Part shown: positions 33,277-34,607 of the stretch, piece by piece
How positions within the stretch are numbered: position 1 is the first letter of the stretch
Layout: each line of letters starts with the position of its first letter
Assembly (NCBI GenBank): GCA_000708835.1
Contig: DF237719.1
Span: 1-34,607, forward strand
Origin: Klebsormidium nitens
Taxonomy: Eukaryota > Plantae > Klebsormidiophyceae
DNA: 34,607 nucleotides
Direction of reading: 5' to 3'
Program-made: the position numbers and the translations under genes
Notes under the pieces: model-generated
Databases searched by the model: none
Seen by the model: only the letters and a program-made list of their open reading frames with translations
Told to the model about the DNA's origin: nothing

Positions 33277-33641
33277 CACGGGTGGTGGAGATTCCATGCG
33301 ACAGGGTCGGGGAGCGGTTTTTTGGGGTGTACTGGAATGCTGGTTCGCCCTCACCTCAGAGGACGATGGTCCACTATGGAGAGGGGGCGCAGATGGGCTG
33401 GTATTGCGAGGGGCAGAAGAGCGGCGGATGCAGCAAGACGGCTGACTGTTCGCACATTCAAGGGGTGAAGCGAGCTTTGAGCGGACCGAGCGGAGTGGAA
33501 AAGCTGAGCAGGACTTCGTTTTCGGAGGAGCAGCTCGAGCTCGCAAAAAGGTCTTTGAAGGACAGTCTAGAGGATAGCCGGGGCGGTGACGGCGTGGCGC
33601 ATAGCGGGCAGTGTGCGCCAGACGCTGACGTGGACGGCCAT
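33277..33641 (+). repeat. Diverged paralogous copy of the SWIM-region segment
   Basis: It aligns without indels to 32780-33039, where I counted 14 substitutions by eye, and continues parallel to 33808 onward. Confidence 0.9.
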
Positions 33642-33661
33642 NNNNNNNNNNNNNNNNNNNN
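33642..33661. other. Assembly gap (20 N)
   Basis: Run of N. Confidence 1.
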
Positions 33662-34607
33662 AGATGGGCTGGTATTGCGAGGGGCGGAAGAGCGGCGGAT
33701 GCAGCAAGACGGCTGACTGTTCGCACATTCAGGGGGTGAAGCGAGCTTTGAGCGGACCAAGCGGTGTGGAAAAGCTCAGCACGAGTTCGTTTTCGGAGGA
33801 GCAGCTCGAGCTTGCAAAAACGTCTTTAAAGGACGGTCTAGGGGATAGCCGGGGCAGTGACGGCGTGGCGCATAGCGGGCAGTGTGCGCCAGACGCCGAC
33901 GTGGACGGGTACCTGGCGGAGCTGGTCGTCGGCAGTCACGAGAGGGCCGCATGCGAAGGGCCAAGTTGCTTCTGCAAGCAGCATCCGAGGGTGTTTGGCG
34001 GCGCTGATGTGGACGAGGAGCCCTGCGCAGCGAGGTGCTGCGAGTCTGCTCAAACGAACGGAAAGCGAGCTCGATCGGAGCAAGCAGAAAGCTCCGGTGG
34101 CGTTGGGGAGGCGAGCGCGAGATCGGGCAAACGGAGAACAAAATCGTATTGGGCGGCAAAAGGCATAGAGACGGAGGCGTCGAACGCTGCAACGGGCAAC
34201 GCGGGGGAGGCTGAATCGGAATCAGCCGAGGAGAGGGGGCGGGGAGCGGATAGCCCTCCCAAGGTCGATGATCGGAACGCGTTCTCGATTCCGGTGTGTA
34301 ACATCTGCGTGTGCCCCTCGAACGTGTGCACGCATGGTGCCTCCCACGGTGTTGCGACGGTGTTGCCCATGGAAGCTGAGGGCGTGCAGTTGGAGGTGCC
34401 AAAGCTCGTTCGACCGACGGACTCCTGGCAGGTCCACGACCCCGAGGTGTCGCTACTGCGAAGGCCCGTTCGGGTCAGCGAGCTCACGGCCCGCGATTTC
34501 GAAGAGCTTAGCGCTGCGGAGAGTCTCTCCGCCCCGTGCCCCCGAGGGCCACCCCCTTGCCGGACCCGATGGTTGGGGCTGTGGCAGAGTGCCCACGTAT
34601 ACGACTT

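Larger units (their letters stand above)
31115..34607 (+). mobile_element. 5' part of a SWIM/Cys-cluster transposon-like gene, probably KDZ (Kyakuja-Dileera-Zisupton)-related; truncated by the window edge
   Basis: Putative coding segments are 31115-31222, 31709-32142 (with a 1-nt frameshift near 31828), 32407-33039 and 33664-34607 (open to the edge). Metal-binding clusters are CPLC..CLEC, SWIM CTCDRGRLYSQAPCVH, CEGRKSGGCSKTADCSH, CEGPSCFCKQH, CNICVCPSNVCTH and CPRGPPPCRTRW. A diverged second copy is present at 33277-33641, implying a repeat family. No catalytic domain or terminal repeat is visible in the window. Confidence 0.55.

Noticed and set aside
1-34607. CRISPR array, tRNA, rRNA, U12-type introns or an operon-like functional cluster
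   Set aside because: I saw no repeat-spacer array, cloverleaf, rRNA segment or RTATCCTT donor. The host genes (splicing, Fe-S assembly, ubiquitin adaptor, hydrolase, trafficking) share no evident pathway.

Overview
This is a eukaryotic, intron-rich window. Protein similarity to land-plant orthologues together with GC-rich exons suggests a streptophyte green alga such as Klebsormidium (inference). I reconstructed five multi-exon genes by hand with phase-consistent splice junctions. PRP31 lies at 392-4343 (+) and mitochondrial IBA57/YgfZ at 5116-8684 (+). A BTB/POZ protein bracketed by Sfi1-like Trp repeats lies at 10034-12844 (-). A PhnP-like metallo-beta-lactamase-fold hydrolase with two consecutive GC-AG introns lies at 13418-17742 (+). 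A ~1933-aa protein with EH, coiled-coil, EH, UBA and AIDA-type C2 domains lies at 18982-28245 (+). Further right are a small two-exon coiled-coil gene (29650-30712, -) and the 5' part of a SWIM/Cys-cluster transposon-like gene, probably KDZ/Zisupton-related. That gene runs off the right edge through two N gaps and a triplicated segment. The most notable points are the two unusual domain architectures, a dense GTAC (SBP-box-type) cluster upstream of the EH gene, and a possible nested antisense gene in IBA57 intron 2. I found no rRNA, tRNA or CRISPR. All homology calls are from memory; no searches were run.
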